64,000 nt of DNA from the human T2T-CHM13v2.0 reference genome, Homo sapiens. The stretch lies in the NCBI RefSeq assembly GCF_009914755.1, contig NC_060939.1; one strand, 5' to 3'. Under the pieces are notes generated by a model that saw only the letters and a list, made by a program, of their open reading frames with translations, made no database searches and was not told the origin of the DNA. Position 1 is the stretch's first letter; every line of letters starts with the position of its first letter. A program made the position numbers and the translations under genes. Below, in pieces: positions 40,401-64,000 of this stretch.

Positions 40401-40722
<322 letters not shown>

Positions 40723-42051
40723 CACTTTAAGGTAGTTTCTGTTATCCCCATTTAACAGATAATGAAACTAAGGTACAGGAGCGTTAAATAGTTACACACC
40801 GTCATAGAATTAGCCTCAGAGCTAGGATCTGAACACAGCAGTCTTGAGGCTTTTGAGTTTTCATTGATAACAACTGCATTATACTGTCTCTGTATCATTA
40901 AGTTTCACTAATAAAATGGTTAGCTAGAACAGGGGCAAGGACAGAGTTCTACAGCATGTCAATAGAGGCTTCCCTCTTGGCTTACAACAGTCCATTCATC
41001 ACCACTTCTTGTTCAGCTAGTTACATATCTGTCTTCAGACCATGTTTCTGTTCTTTATCCATGGAGACACAAAAGACTTGACTATGTGACTCCAAAAAGT
41101 TAGAGGTGTGAGGCAGCAAGAAGGAATGGGTGGGACATTGACTCTAGAGTCCTACAGACCTGTAATAGAAACCTGTCTCCTCCTACTCTTGACTATGTGA
41201 CTATGGCAAATAGTTAAACTTCTCTGGACTTCAGTTTTTTCTTCTATAAAATGAGGAGAATGATATCTACCTTGCTGGGTAGTTGTCAGGATTCAAGATA
41301 AAGTGCCTAGTACACTGCAGGCCTTTCATAAATGATAACTATTGTTATCTGCCAGTCTAGTAATCCTTTTAAAAAAGGAAATACATTAAGACGGATGGTT
41401 TGTTTTTATGAACTTTTGCTAACTCTATTATTGTTTCCTCCCCCTTAGAGCTCACAAAGCAGCTATTTGATAACAGGCTCTAGAATTTTGCTTTGAATTT
41501 ACATCAAATCACCAGCCTGTAGTTTTTGGCAATCACTTTCAAATTTTTTGAAAATTAGAACAATGTTTGTCTGTCCTCACTTTCCATCAGTTCTCTTATT
41601 CACTAGATGCCTCACACACGTGTCAGTGACAGGGGCTCTGAGATCCTGTTTGCAGGTTTCCTTTGTACTCTGAGGTATAATCTGTCTAGACAAGGAGTCT
41701 TGGGCTAGTCTCTGATAGCTAGGTACCCCCTTTTATCTCCCTCTGAGCCTGTCTTGGCTTTCAGTTCCATCCGACCATTGTGTATTCTCTTTCCAATCTG
41801 ATGCTTGTTTTCCTTGCAGAGAAAACAGAAGTAAGATAGGAATTCAGCAATTCCATTTTACATCTCATACCTCACATTTCTCTCAGTCACCAGAAGTCCA
41901 AATTTCCCAGGCCATTCTTGTGCAGATGCCCCTCCTCACCCTGCCATCTTCACTCCCTGTTCTGTCCTCACTTCCTGTCCTTCCTGGCTTGTAAACCATT
42001 TAACTGACTGCTCTGTCAGCAATGTCCCTGTAGCCTCATCCGCTTCTCTGA

Positions 42052-42849
<798 letters not shown>

Positions 42850-43598
42850 TTATTAGTTATGGCTTAATTTTTAAAATGGGAGTGGGCTGGCAGGATTCAG
42901 TTGTTCAAACATCATATCAGGAGTTGCTCTGTCTCTCACTTCCCTTCTCTCTCCTCTCTTCTGTCCCATCTCTCCGGGTCAAACCTCCATTTCTTTCTAT
43001 GTGCTTTCTACTTTTCCTTTGTATCAATCTTATTTGAAATCTGTCTTTCTTTATAAGGTGACAGAAATGGCCACCAGAATCATATTAAGCTTGGAAAAAA
43101 GGAGGTACTTTTTCCCAGTCAGCCCTAAGTATTTCCAGAGTTAATTTTCACTGGGCTGCCTTGTGTCAGATGCCTACTGAGGGAGTGGGAAGGGTAGGTC
43201 TAATAGGAAATCTTGGTAACAGTATATGTTACCATTAAAGGGAAGCCTGGATTCCAGGCAGATCAAAACAACAGGTAGGGCTCTTGCCTGTCCAACGCTT
43301 AACAATACACTTTGTGTTGGCACAGTGAGCTTTGCAGATGAAGTTAGTTAAAAATAAAATCATAGTTAACTGATAAACCTTTGTTCCAGCCAATGACCTT
43401 GCTTACCCCAAGAAATATTATTTATTAAATATTATGAAATTAAATGAAAACAGTTATGAGCTCTTATGATAAAGCGTAGAGACAACCCAATTTCAAGTTA
43501 ATTCACAGGAAGATAATAGGACAATATATGGTTGTTTATGATCTTGTTTTTACACTGCTTCATATTTTACATATGTGACTTTCAAAATCTTAAGACTT

Positions 43599-44403
<805 letters not shown>

Positions 44404-44440
44404 AAGACTTTTTTTTTTTTCCCTCAAAGAAAAATATTAA

Positions 44441-44644
<204 letters not shown>

Positions 44645-44880
44645 TAAGTGAAAAATGGACAGGGCAAAATGTTCAGGCTTTCTGGCCTGGAAATGGCATA
44701 AGGATGATCATCATGCCACTATGTTTTTGATTTGTTTACTTTTCAAACCACTCCTTTAACATTCGTATTCATGTTTTTAAGATTGGGAAAAAAGCGAATA
44801 TATTTTGCTACAATTTCTATTTGGTATGAAAACTACAGATTTGCTTTTGTGGCCTACCAGAGTAAACTACTTATATTTAA

Positions 44881-45585
<705 letters not shown>

Positions 45586-47250
45586 TGAATGCTTATATGA
45601 AAACAAAACTGTCCCAAAATAGGAATTATATAAGAAAAACCATAGCAAATCATCATTGCCTGAAAACATTGTTGCTATGCAAATTTCTACTGATGATATG
45701 AATTACAAATCACAATTTCAAAAGCAAGTTGCTCTTTTGTCTCTATAGCAGCTGTAGTTTTATAAAATGTGTAATTATAACCTATTGTAGTACGGCTCTA
45801 AAGTCATTACAAATGTGATGTGCCTTTGAATTAACATTTTTTAGTTCCTAAAACAAACTCATGAGGGCCAAGTTTTTAATGATTTTGGGATGGGCAAAAG
45901 CAAAAATGGATTCGCATGCTAAAAATGTATTTTAGAATTCTGTACTGATGAGAATCGATTAATACAAAGTAGAGAAGCATGTTTTATGTGTTAAAATGTT
46001 AAAATATAGGGTAGTCTATAAAGGATATGAAGTCAGGAGTGTCTTAAATCAGTCAAACTACTTCTTTGGGTCTAAGGGCTCACTGCATGCCATGTGCTAT
46101 GTTGGGCGCCGATCATTTAAAGATGAATAACAAATACTAAGTAGTTCCTGCCCTCCTGGAGCTCACAGCTTAGTGAGAGAGAAGTTTTGAGAGGAATGAA
46201 ATTAGCCACTGAAGGCTCCAGAGAAAAGCCAAAAATAATTTTAAAACCTTACATCAACCCTATAAAGTTATCAAAAGTATTTTTTAGCTGAAATAAGTTT
46301 ATAAAGTACAGCCCTCCCTATTTTTGCCATTGATGACTTAATACCACGGAGGTTTTTCTTACAGTTACGCTGCTGACCTTTAAAACAACGATTAATGGAT
46401 TTATTTTTGTATCATGTTAGAATGTGTCATACTTGATGTTTGCAATTATCTTGAGACAGTTGAGTGTTGGGGTTAGCGTAACTGCCAGAGCTCCGTGAGT
46501 ACCTCTTGTTCTCTGTGCTGAACCAGAGTTGCGACAGCCAGGCTGCAGAGCAGGGGCACGTGTGAGAGATGTTATGAAAGAAGAGCCTGAGGAAGCTCAG
46601 ATGACTCCAAGGTTTCAGACACTGATGACTGGGAAAACTGTGACACCAGTAACACAAACAGGGGAGTCAGGAGGCGGAGTCAGATTTGGAGAAAAGCTGA
46701 GAAGGGCTAGTTTAAGTCTAGAGGTTAAAGTGCTGGTAAGTCATTCAGGTACCAATGTCTTGCAGACAACGGGAGCTGTGTGCAGGACTGGAACTTAGGA
46801 GGGTGTCAGTTGGGTCTTAAGAGAGGTGTAGGCATTTGCTGCACACGGGTCATGTTTAAGATCATAGGACTAGGAAAGCTCCAAAAAAGAATGTCTACAG
46901 AGCCCAGTCCCAAATATCTGAAAGACTCCCTCCCCTATTTATGGGGCAGATGGAGGTAGTAGAGCCAGGAAAGGGAATTTAAAATGAGTAGAAAACCATG
47001 ATTGTCTTGGTGGTCATGGTTGGAGGAAGGGAGAAGAGGAAGGAAAGAATAAAAGTAGTGGTAGGTGCTGTAGAAAAAGTCAAGGAAATACTTGATTTGG
47101 GACTTTGGCAAGTTTTTGGTGGCTTTGAGACTTGTAGGGAAGGAAAGCCAGTAAAGAGTTTAAGAACTGTGCTGCAGGGAAACGTGTGCCAGTGATTCTG
47201 CAGGGCAAGGGAAATGCTAAAGCTGTACTTTCACTGTATTCATGTACTGA

Positions 47251-47481
<231 letters not shown>

Positions 47482-48649
47482 TAGAAGTGAATTGGCAGGA
47501 ATCCATTGGCAGATGTTAAATGAAAGCTCTTTAATAGAAATAAAAAGACCACCTACACAGTATTTCTATCATTTAGGGACCTCTTAAACCTCCTGTACCA
47601 TAGTGAGAAAGCATATTACTTTATATCCTTTGTTCTGGTTGTTGACATCATGAAGTTTATAGCCCTGTAAGATTTTCAACTCGAAGCTCATTGTGTTGAA
47701 CTGATCTAGAATTTTTCTTTGGGAATTTTTCTTTTTTCTAGTCTAAGCAGTTTTGGAAATCAAACAGAAAAATCGCTGTCAGAGACCATGACCATTTCTG
47801 GCAGTTTATTTGCAACAATCTGGTGTTGCATAGTGGTTAAATCATATATGCATATATGCATAGTGGTCCATCAGCTATGGACCAAAGGCCTGGACTTAAA
47901 GAACAGCTCTGCTGCTCACAGCAGTGTGGCCACATGCAAGGCACTTTACTCCCTGGGCCCATTTTCTCATGTGTGCAATGGTGATAGCAGTAAAGTACCT
48001 GGTTCACAGAGTGGCATGAGGATTAAATGAAAATCATTTAGCACGATATTGTGTTGGCCCCACTTTAAAGAGTCTAGGACATTCATTGTGCTGTTAAAGC
48101 TTATGACAGCTGTTCAATGATTTATAGTCATTCACATGAGAATATTAAATCAACAGGGCAGAGCGCAAGGAGAATTTGCAGTTTCAGTACCTATGTGTAG
48201 TCCTCCCTCTGTCTATCACCTGACTTGTGACCTTTAGCAAGTTAGCTAGTGCTGTCATTATTGTATAATGTTGACTGGGCATCTGAACTTTTTCATCCTG
48301 GTTTTTAGATTTAGATAGCCTTGGCTTAATAATCAGCATTTCAATTTTTATTAATTTATTAATCACTCTGTGCCTTCCTTTCAACCCTATTTTGGTGTTT
48401 CAGAACTCTAACGCTGGAAAAAACCTTGGCAATGATCTAATCCATTGATTTTTTTTTTCCAGGGCTTCCCATTGTCCTTTAGGGTTTCAAGAGGGCATTT
48501 TTAAGGTCCTTCCACCCCAATTTCAACCACTTGTGAGAGAGAGATATATATAATATATAATTATATATAATATGTATATTGTATTGTATATAATATGTCT
48601 ATTATATATAATTATAATATATAGTGTGTGTGTAAATATTCCAAATAAG

Positions 48650-51040
<2,391 letters not shown>

Positions 51041-51222
51041 TGAGTTATGCTTAATAAGGGTTTTTTAAAATGTATGTACTTACATACTTGTTATGTTGAG
51101 ATATGTATTTCCTTTGATAGGTTTGATATGTGACTAATAAAATATTTATAAAACCTAAGGACAAATGTAATTTTGTCAGGTTAATGTATAAAATTGAAAT
51201 TGTTTACTACTTTTATACTTAG

Positions 51223-51378
<156 letters not shown>

Positions 51379-52255
51379 TAGAATACATATATTTTTAAGA
51401 TTTTAACAAAATTTTGTATACGTAGTGCAAAGAATTTTTGTACAACTTTCATCCAGAAACCCCAAATGGTAACATTTTACTATAATTGCTTTGTATTCTC
51501 TCTCTGCATATATTTTCCTGACACATTTGATTGAAAATTGCAGACATGGTATCCTTTTAAGCCCTAAGTACTTCACTGTACATTTCCTAAAAACAACGTA
51601 TTCTCTCATATAACCTCAGTACAATGATCAAAATTAGGAGATGTACATTGATGCAGTACTATTACTTAATCTGTAAACCTTATTCTGGTTTCACTAGTTG
51701 TCCCAATAATGTCCTTTATAGCAAAAGAAAATCCCAGATCATGCATGCATTCCGTTGTGCTTCTCTGTAATCTTGTAAACAGTTTCTCTCTCTTAATATC
51801 TTTCGTGATTTTGAAGTTTTTGAAGGCCAGTCGTTTTCGGAATTGTCCCTCAATTTGAGTTTATCTTGCTTCCTCCTGCTTAGATTCCTGTTACTCCTTG
51901 AATATCACAGAAACAGTGATATGTTTTCATGCCCACTGTCAGGAGGCACTTGATGTCGATTCGTCCCATTACTGACAATGTTAGTTAACTGATCGCTTGG
52001 TTATGGTAGTGTCTGATAGACTTCTCCGCTGTAAAGTTACTCATTTCTTTTTGGCCTTTGTAATTAGTAGATATCCTGTTGTGGGATGCTTTGAGACTAT
52101 GTAAATACCCTGCTAGTGATCAGAATTTTACCCACAAGTTTTAGTATCCATTGATGATTCTTCCCCAAATCAGTTATTACTATGATAGATATAAAATTAT
52201 TTTTTAAATGTAGTTGGTGTTTTGCCATAAGGAAGAGTTTTCCTGTTGGTTACAC

Positions 52256-53338
<1,083 letters not shown>

Positions 53339-53445
53339 TTATAGAGGTTTTAATACAGCTTAAGTTGTGATGGAATTTGAAGACCACAGAATCATAAGGT
53401 GATGTGTTTCAGTGTTTTTACATGTCTAATGTATTTCTGGCCTAG

Positions 53446-53577
<132 letters not shown>

Positions 53578-53750
53578 TAAATACATACTACCAACAATAT
53601 ATGTATTTACTGAATAAAAACCCACACTGAGTGAACGAGTCTCCTATTTTACTGAAGAATAAGGTAGTTCTTAATACATTGAGCAGTGTTGGCTTTTTAT
53701 AGAAGGAAGCTCCAAGTAGTCTGAAAAGCAGTATTTTTTTTTCCAACTAG

Positions 53751-53900
<150 letters not shown>

Positions 53901-53934
53901 TAAGTCGTTGCACGTCACGTATTTGAGAACCCTG

Positions 53935-54126
53935 GGGCAGTGACTGCCAGAGCTGCTACATGTTAGAATCACCTGTGGCGCTTTAACGCCACCACCCCAC
54001 CCCCACCCCACCCCCATGCCCAAGTTGTAACCCGATGGCAGCTAAATCAGAACGTTTGGGGCTGAGAGCCAGTATTTTTTTAAAAATCCCCAAGTGATTA
54101 CAATGTGCAGCAGAGTTTGGGAACCA
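53935..54126. mobile_element. MER5-type hAT-Charlie DNA transposon
   Basis: ttagaatcacctg...ccccaagtgattacaatgtgcagcagagtttgggaacca. Confidence 0.7.
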
Positions 54127-54489
54127 GAGTCCTAGGGCTTTTCTTCACTTACTGAAATTAAAACTCCTTTTCAGTACCTACTTTAGAAGTAGGGATAAAT
54201 TGCATGCCATATCTATCATCCCTGGTATAGTCCCAGTAATAAATTAATTTTTACTTATCTAATTTTGGCTTCCATATATCCTAGAGTATACTTCTTGAAA
54301 TGAAAGGTGACCCTGCTTTGTCATTTCCCCCTAAGGTCCCAGTTGAATCCAGGATGTTGAAAATAGTCCAGATACTATGTCGAATAGCTTTTTTACTTCG
54401 TTTTCTTCTCAACAACAAAATGCTTCTTGTTGCCACCAAATCCATAATTCTTCAGTAACAAAATCTACTATAAAAGAAATCCCCCCCCC

Positions 54490-56025
<1,536 letters not shown>

Positions 56026-57069
56026 TCTTCTGTCCTCTTATGCCGGATGCAATCTACTGTTCTTTTAGATCAGTTACATCAATGGCAAATGCCTATAGTT
56101 AAATGATAAAAAAAATTTCTTTTCCTTTTGAATGACTTTTTGTAAGTATAGGATTTGTGATTTATGTTTGAGTAAACAGTGTACATATTTATTTATTTAT
56201 TTAGAGGCAGGCACCTTGAATCTGTTTTCTTAGTACTGTGGGGAAGAGATCTGCCTGGGAAAGCAAGGTTGTGGATTTCCAGTCTCCAGCACTTGGTACA
56301 TAATTGGCACTCAGTAATAATCAATAAATGAAAAATGTGAAGGAATTTGGGTAAATGTAAAAATGTAGGCATGTCTGTTGACTCCTTAATGTGTTTGGCA
56401 CTTCTCTGCATTTGGAAGTAGGAAATTTTAAGGAATACTTTCTGGGACTCTGTTTCCTGATCTTTTCTGCCAGTAGGCCCTGGTTTGGATTAAATTTGCT
56501 CAACTGCTGCTATGTCGTGGCCCTGGCGAAGTCAGGTATTCCTAAGGTTGAAGCCACAGCCCCTGTGCTGCTCTCCTCCTGCCAGTCTGTAATAATATTC
56601 TTCCTCTTTGGGAAATATAAGGCACACAAAAAAGGCTTTATTCCATTTCCTTAGGGCCTTAAAATATGAACTGGAAGAGAGCAAAGAGACAGGCACATAG
56701 AGTTAACTATAATAGAACAATAATAATAGCTAACACTTACATATCCAGCCTACTCAGTGTGCCAGGCACTGTTGTCATTTTAAGTGTATTTACCTCCTTG
56801 TCCACACAAAAGCAAGGTAGGTACTCCTATTTTCCTCATTCTACAGGTGAGGAAATTGAGACACAAAGAGATTATATAACTTCATATGCCTAGCAAGGGT
56901 TGGAGTGAGAACTTAAAACACCAGATAGCTGGTTTCAGAATCCTTTAAATACTAGGTCAAATTGCAGAAAGAAGAAAGCAGTGATTTGAGATGTAAATTA
57001 CAGCTGCAGGAACTGAAGAAGACAAGATAAGCTAGAACCCCCAGTAACAGCTGTTACAAGGAGGGGTCA

Positions 57070-58832
<1,763 letters not shown>

Positions 58833-58861
58833 TGAAGTTTCTGTTATAAAAGTACAGGTCA

Positions 58862-59133
58862 GGCCAGGCTCGGTGGCTCATGCCTGTAATCCCAGCACTT
58901 TGGGTGGCCGAGGCGGGTGGATCACCTGAGGTCAGGAGTTGGAGACCAGCCTGGCCAACATGGTGAAACCCCATCTCTACTAAAAATACAAAAATTAGCC
59001 GGGCGTGGTGGCATGCACCTATAGTCGCAGCTACTCGGGAGGCTGAGACAGGAGAATTGCTTGAAACCAGAAAGTGGAGGTTGCAGTGAGCCGAGATCAT
59101 GCCACTACACTCCAGCCAAAAAAAAAAAAAAAA
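58862..59133 (+). mobile_element. AluS with a truncated 3' end
   Basis: TSD aaaagtacaggtca at 58848 and 59130. The A tail follows ctccagcc directly. Confidence 0.88.
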
Positions 59134-59809
59134 GTACAGGTCAGGCCCAAGGAATGGTGAATAATCCATTGGATAAGTGGAGAAACATAGAGAAGGGATG
59201 ACCCTGACAAGGTGGCTTGACGCCAGATCATGGAGGGTCTTGCATATAACGATGGTAAAATGTTTGGACTTTATTCTTTTGGCACTTTAACCTGGGAAGT
59301 GGCTTGATCTGAACTGTGTGGATGAATGATAACCCTGGCAAGAGAATAGAGGAGAGGATGAGTGAGAGAACAGAAAGTTAGAGGTAGAGCAGCCCTTCAG
59401 GAACTTATTGCCTATTGCAGTCATTGAGGAGAGATGATGCTGGTGGAAACAGCAGAAGTGGAAGGAAGAAACAGAGTCAAGAGAGAGGGCAGGAATGGTA
59501 ACTAAATGGAATGAGAAGAGTGGATACGGTTGAAGTTTATACTAGTTCCTGGGGCAGGTGCCTAGAACCATTGACCATAAATGGAATGGAGGAAGGAAGA
59601 TGAGTAATAAATTTGATTTTAGATGCATGATGCCTGGGATGTTTAAGGGATGAGTGGATGACCACGATAGCCATCTTCATACCTTCTTTGGTCACATGTA
59701 CCTCCTGAAAAAATCCTGGAAAACTATGTACCTCCTGCATATATACATATATGTTTTAAATATATATATAATATATATGTATTTTATATATATGTGTGTT
59801 TTTATTTTT

Positions 59810-61756
<1,947 letters not shown>

Positions 61757-62659
61757 TCATTTTTCAATTCACATAAACTATTTAGTACACATCCCATGAC
61801 AACTATTGTCAATTCCAAAAGCAACAAGCTGAGCTCTAATTGACTTTGTTTCCTCACACAACACTTTGAAAAGACTGAGTTTGACACCCCAAACAGGATA
61901 ATATTTACCATTTTAATGGTAATATCCAGCAGAACCTTAGACAAGAAACAGTAGAATCTAACTTTTAAGAAAACTTTATTAAAATGTAATTCACACACTA
62001 TAAAATTCATCCATTTAAAGGGTACAATTTAGTGGGTTGCTTTTTTTCTGTATTTTCACAGAATTGTACAACCATCCCCAATATCTAAGTTTACAGCATT
62101 TTTATCACCCCAGCGAGAAACCTGGTACCCATTAGCAGCTGCTCCGCATCTTCTCCCTCTTGTTTGTGCCCGGCTTCTTTCACTGAGCGTAGTTTTCAAG
62201 GGTCATCCATGTTGTAGCATTGGTCAGTAAGTACTTCATTCATTTTTATAGCTGAATAATATTGCAGTGTATGAGTATTTTGCATTTTATTTATCCATTT
62301 ATCAATTGATGGGAACTGTCTGTAACTAGGTATTTGGTAATTCCAAACATCTTATTTTCCAACAGGCAGAGTAAGATTTGTTACATGTAATAAACTCCAA
62401 GGGTCTATTAACTTTTTCATTATAACAAATTGTGTAAATATTGCTTTCAGTTAGTTACCCACAGTCCTTTTGCAGTAGAGATAGTTGTCTTGGTTTTAAT
62501 TGGATTCGTGATCTACAACTTTATGTTCTAATCTCATGTCATTTTTATTATTTTCAGTAAAAGTAATTTGTTTGACTAAATTAACTGGTAAACAGTTCTG
62601 AGCTTTTTCAATTGTGTCTACAAATTTTAAGAAATTCAGATTATGTGCCAGATGTTTTT

Positions 62660-63190
62660 AGTAACAGCTTTGTTGTGGTATAATCCACATACCATACAAT
62701 TCCCATATTTAAAAAGTACAATTCAAAGTTTTTAGTATATTCAGAATTGTACAACCATTGCCAGAGTTTTAGAACATTTCATCACCCTCCAAAAACACCC
62801 ATGCCCATTGCAGTTCAATCTCCTTTTCCCCTCACATCCCCATCCTGCCAGCCTTAGGCAACCACTAATCTGCTTTCTATGTATAGATTTGCCTACTCTG
62901 GGTATCTCGTGTAAATAGAATCATCCAATATGTGATCTTTTTTGTGACTGTCTACTTAGCATAATGTTTTCACGGTTTATTGGTGAATAATATTCCATTG
63001 TAGACGTCTACGACATTTTATTCATCAGTTGATATTGGGTTGTTTCCATTTTTATTTTTTACTATTATGAATAATGCTGGTATAATCATACATGTATAAA
63101 TTTTTGTGTGGACATATGTTTTCATTTCTCTTAGGTATATGCCCAGGAGTGAAATTATTGGGTCATATAGAAACTCTATGTTTAACCCTT

Positions 63191-63223
<33 letters not shown>

Positions 63224-63630
63224 AGACGGAGTCTCACTCTGTAGCCCAGGCTGGAGTGCAGTGGTGCGATCTTGGCTCACTGCAACCTCCACCTCCCAGG
63301 TTCAAGTGATTCTTCTGCCTCAGCTTCCTGAGTAGCTGAGACTACAGGTGTGCGCCACCACGCCCAGCTAATTTTCGTATTTTTAGTAGAGATGGGGGTT
63401 TCCCCATATTGGCCAGGCTGGTCTTGAACTCCTGACCTCATGATCCGCCCAACTCAGCCTCCCAAAGTGCTGGAATTACAGGCATGAGCCACCGTGCCCA
63501 GCCTATGTTTAACGTTTTAAAGAACTGTCGCACTGTTTTCCAAAGTGGCTGTGCCATTTTACATTTTCACTAGCGATGTATGAGGGTTCTAATTTTTTCA
63601 TATCCTCACCAACACTTGTTTTTGTCTCTT
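62660..63630 (-). mobile_element. L1MB-type fragment with nested Alu 63189-63502
   Basis: aggcaaccactaatctgctttct...gagtgaaattattgggtcatat. TSD tatgtttaac at 63177 and 63504. Confidence 0.82.
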
Positions 63631-64000
63631 TTTGACCCAAAGATTTTTTTAAATTAATAAAACACTTTTCTGAAAATAAATATATTTTTTTAATGTGGGA
63701 AAAAGCAATAAGGCCATTGTTATGCCCAGTCACCATAGCATTCCTATCGGTGGAGAGACTCATGCACCGTTTCCAACTTAAGCCCAAATCAACTCAAATG
63801 CATTTTAAGATTTTCTTCATCATTTGTATTCCTAGACAATTCTTTAATCTACTACCTTTTTTGCCACAATCTGCTACACATTCTGCCTTTTCAAGCACTA
63901 AAAGGACTCTAGGAGTTTTTTGCAAAGAAATGCTGTCATAAGAGTGGTGGTATCAAAGTATTGTTTAACGGTAGTCTCAAAGACTTTCAGGGTAATGCAT

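Noticed and set aside
59696-59737. 12-nt direct repeat atgtacctcctg, 30 nt apart
   Set aside because: It is a short local duplication in degraded repeat sequence with no functional indication.

Overview
This is human (primate) genomic DNA holding the 5' two-thirds of BLM (Bloom syndrome RecQ helicase, 15q26.1) on the + strand. It has a CpG-island promoter, a non-coding exon 1 (ending at 1770), a ~30 kb intron 1 and coding exons 2-12 (ATG at 31713). I joined these by hand into an uninterrupted 2555-nt ORF (MAAVPQNN...LRPQV) that includes Walker A (PTGGGKS) and DEAH. Exon 13 onward lies beyond the window. The rest is repeat-rich intron: about 65-70 Alu/FLAM/FAM copies by eye (about 2:1 antisense to BLM), old L1, L2 and MIR fragments, MER21, MLT1 and THE1 LTRs, MER44 and MER5 DNA transposons, and microsatellites. 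Apart from the exon-overlapping ORFs, most ORFs in the supplied track fall in Alu/L1 repeats and none of the rest looks like a real gene. I found no evidence of a novel gene system. The most interesting signals are cis-level. They are a perfect G-quadruplex upstream of this G4-helicase gene, a local template for the blmAsh insertion and an Alu-Alu identity block matching a recalled exon 11-12 deletion. There are also several cryptic splice configurations and a sense THE1 LTR with a DUX4 motif but broken splice donors. Repeat boundaries and subfamilies were called by eye and are approximate.
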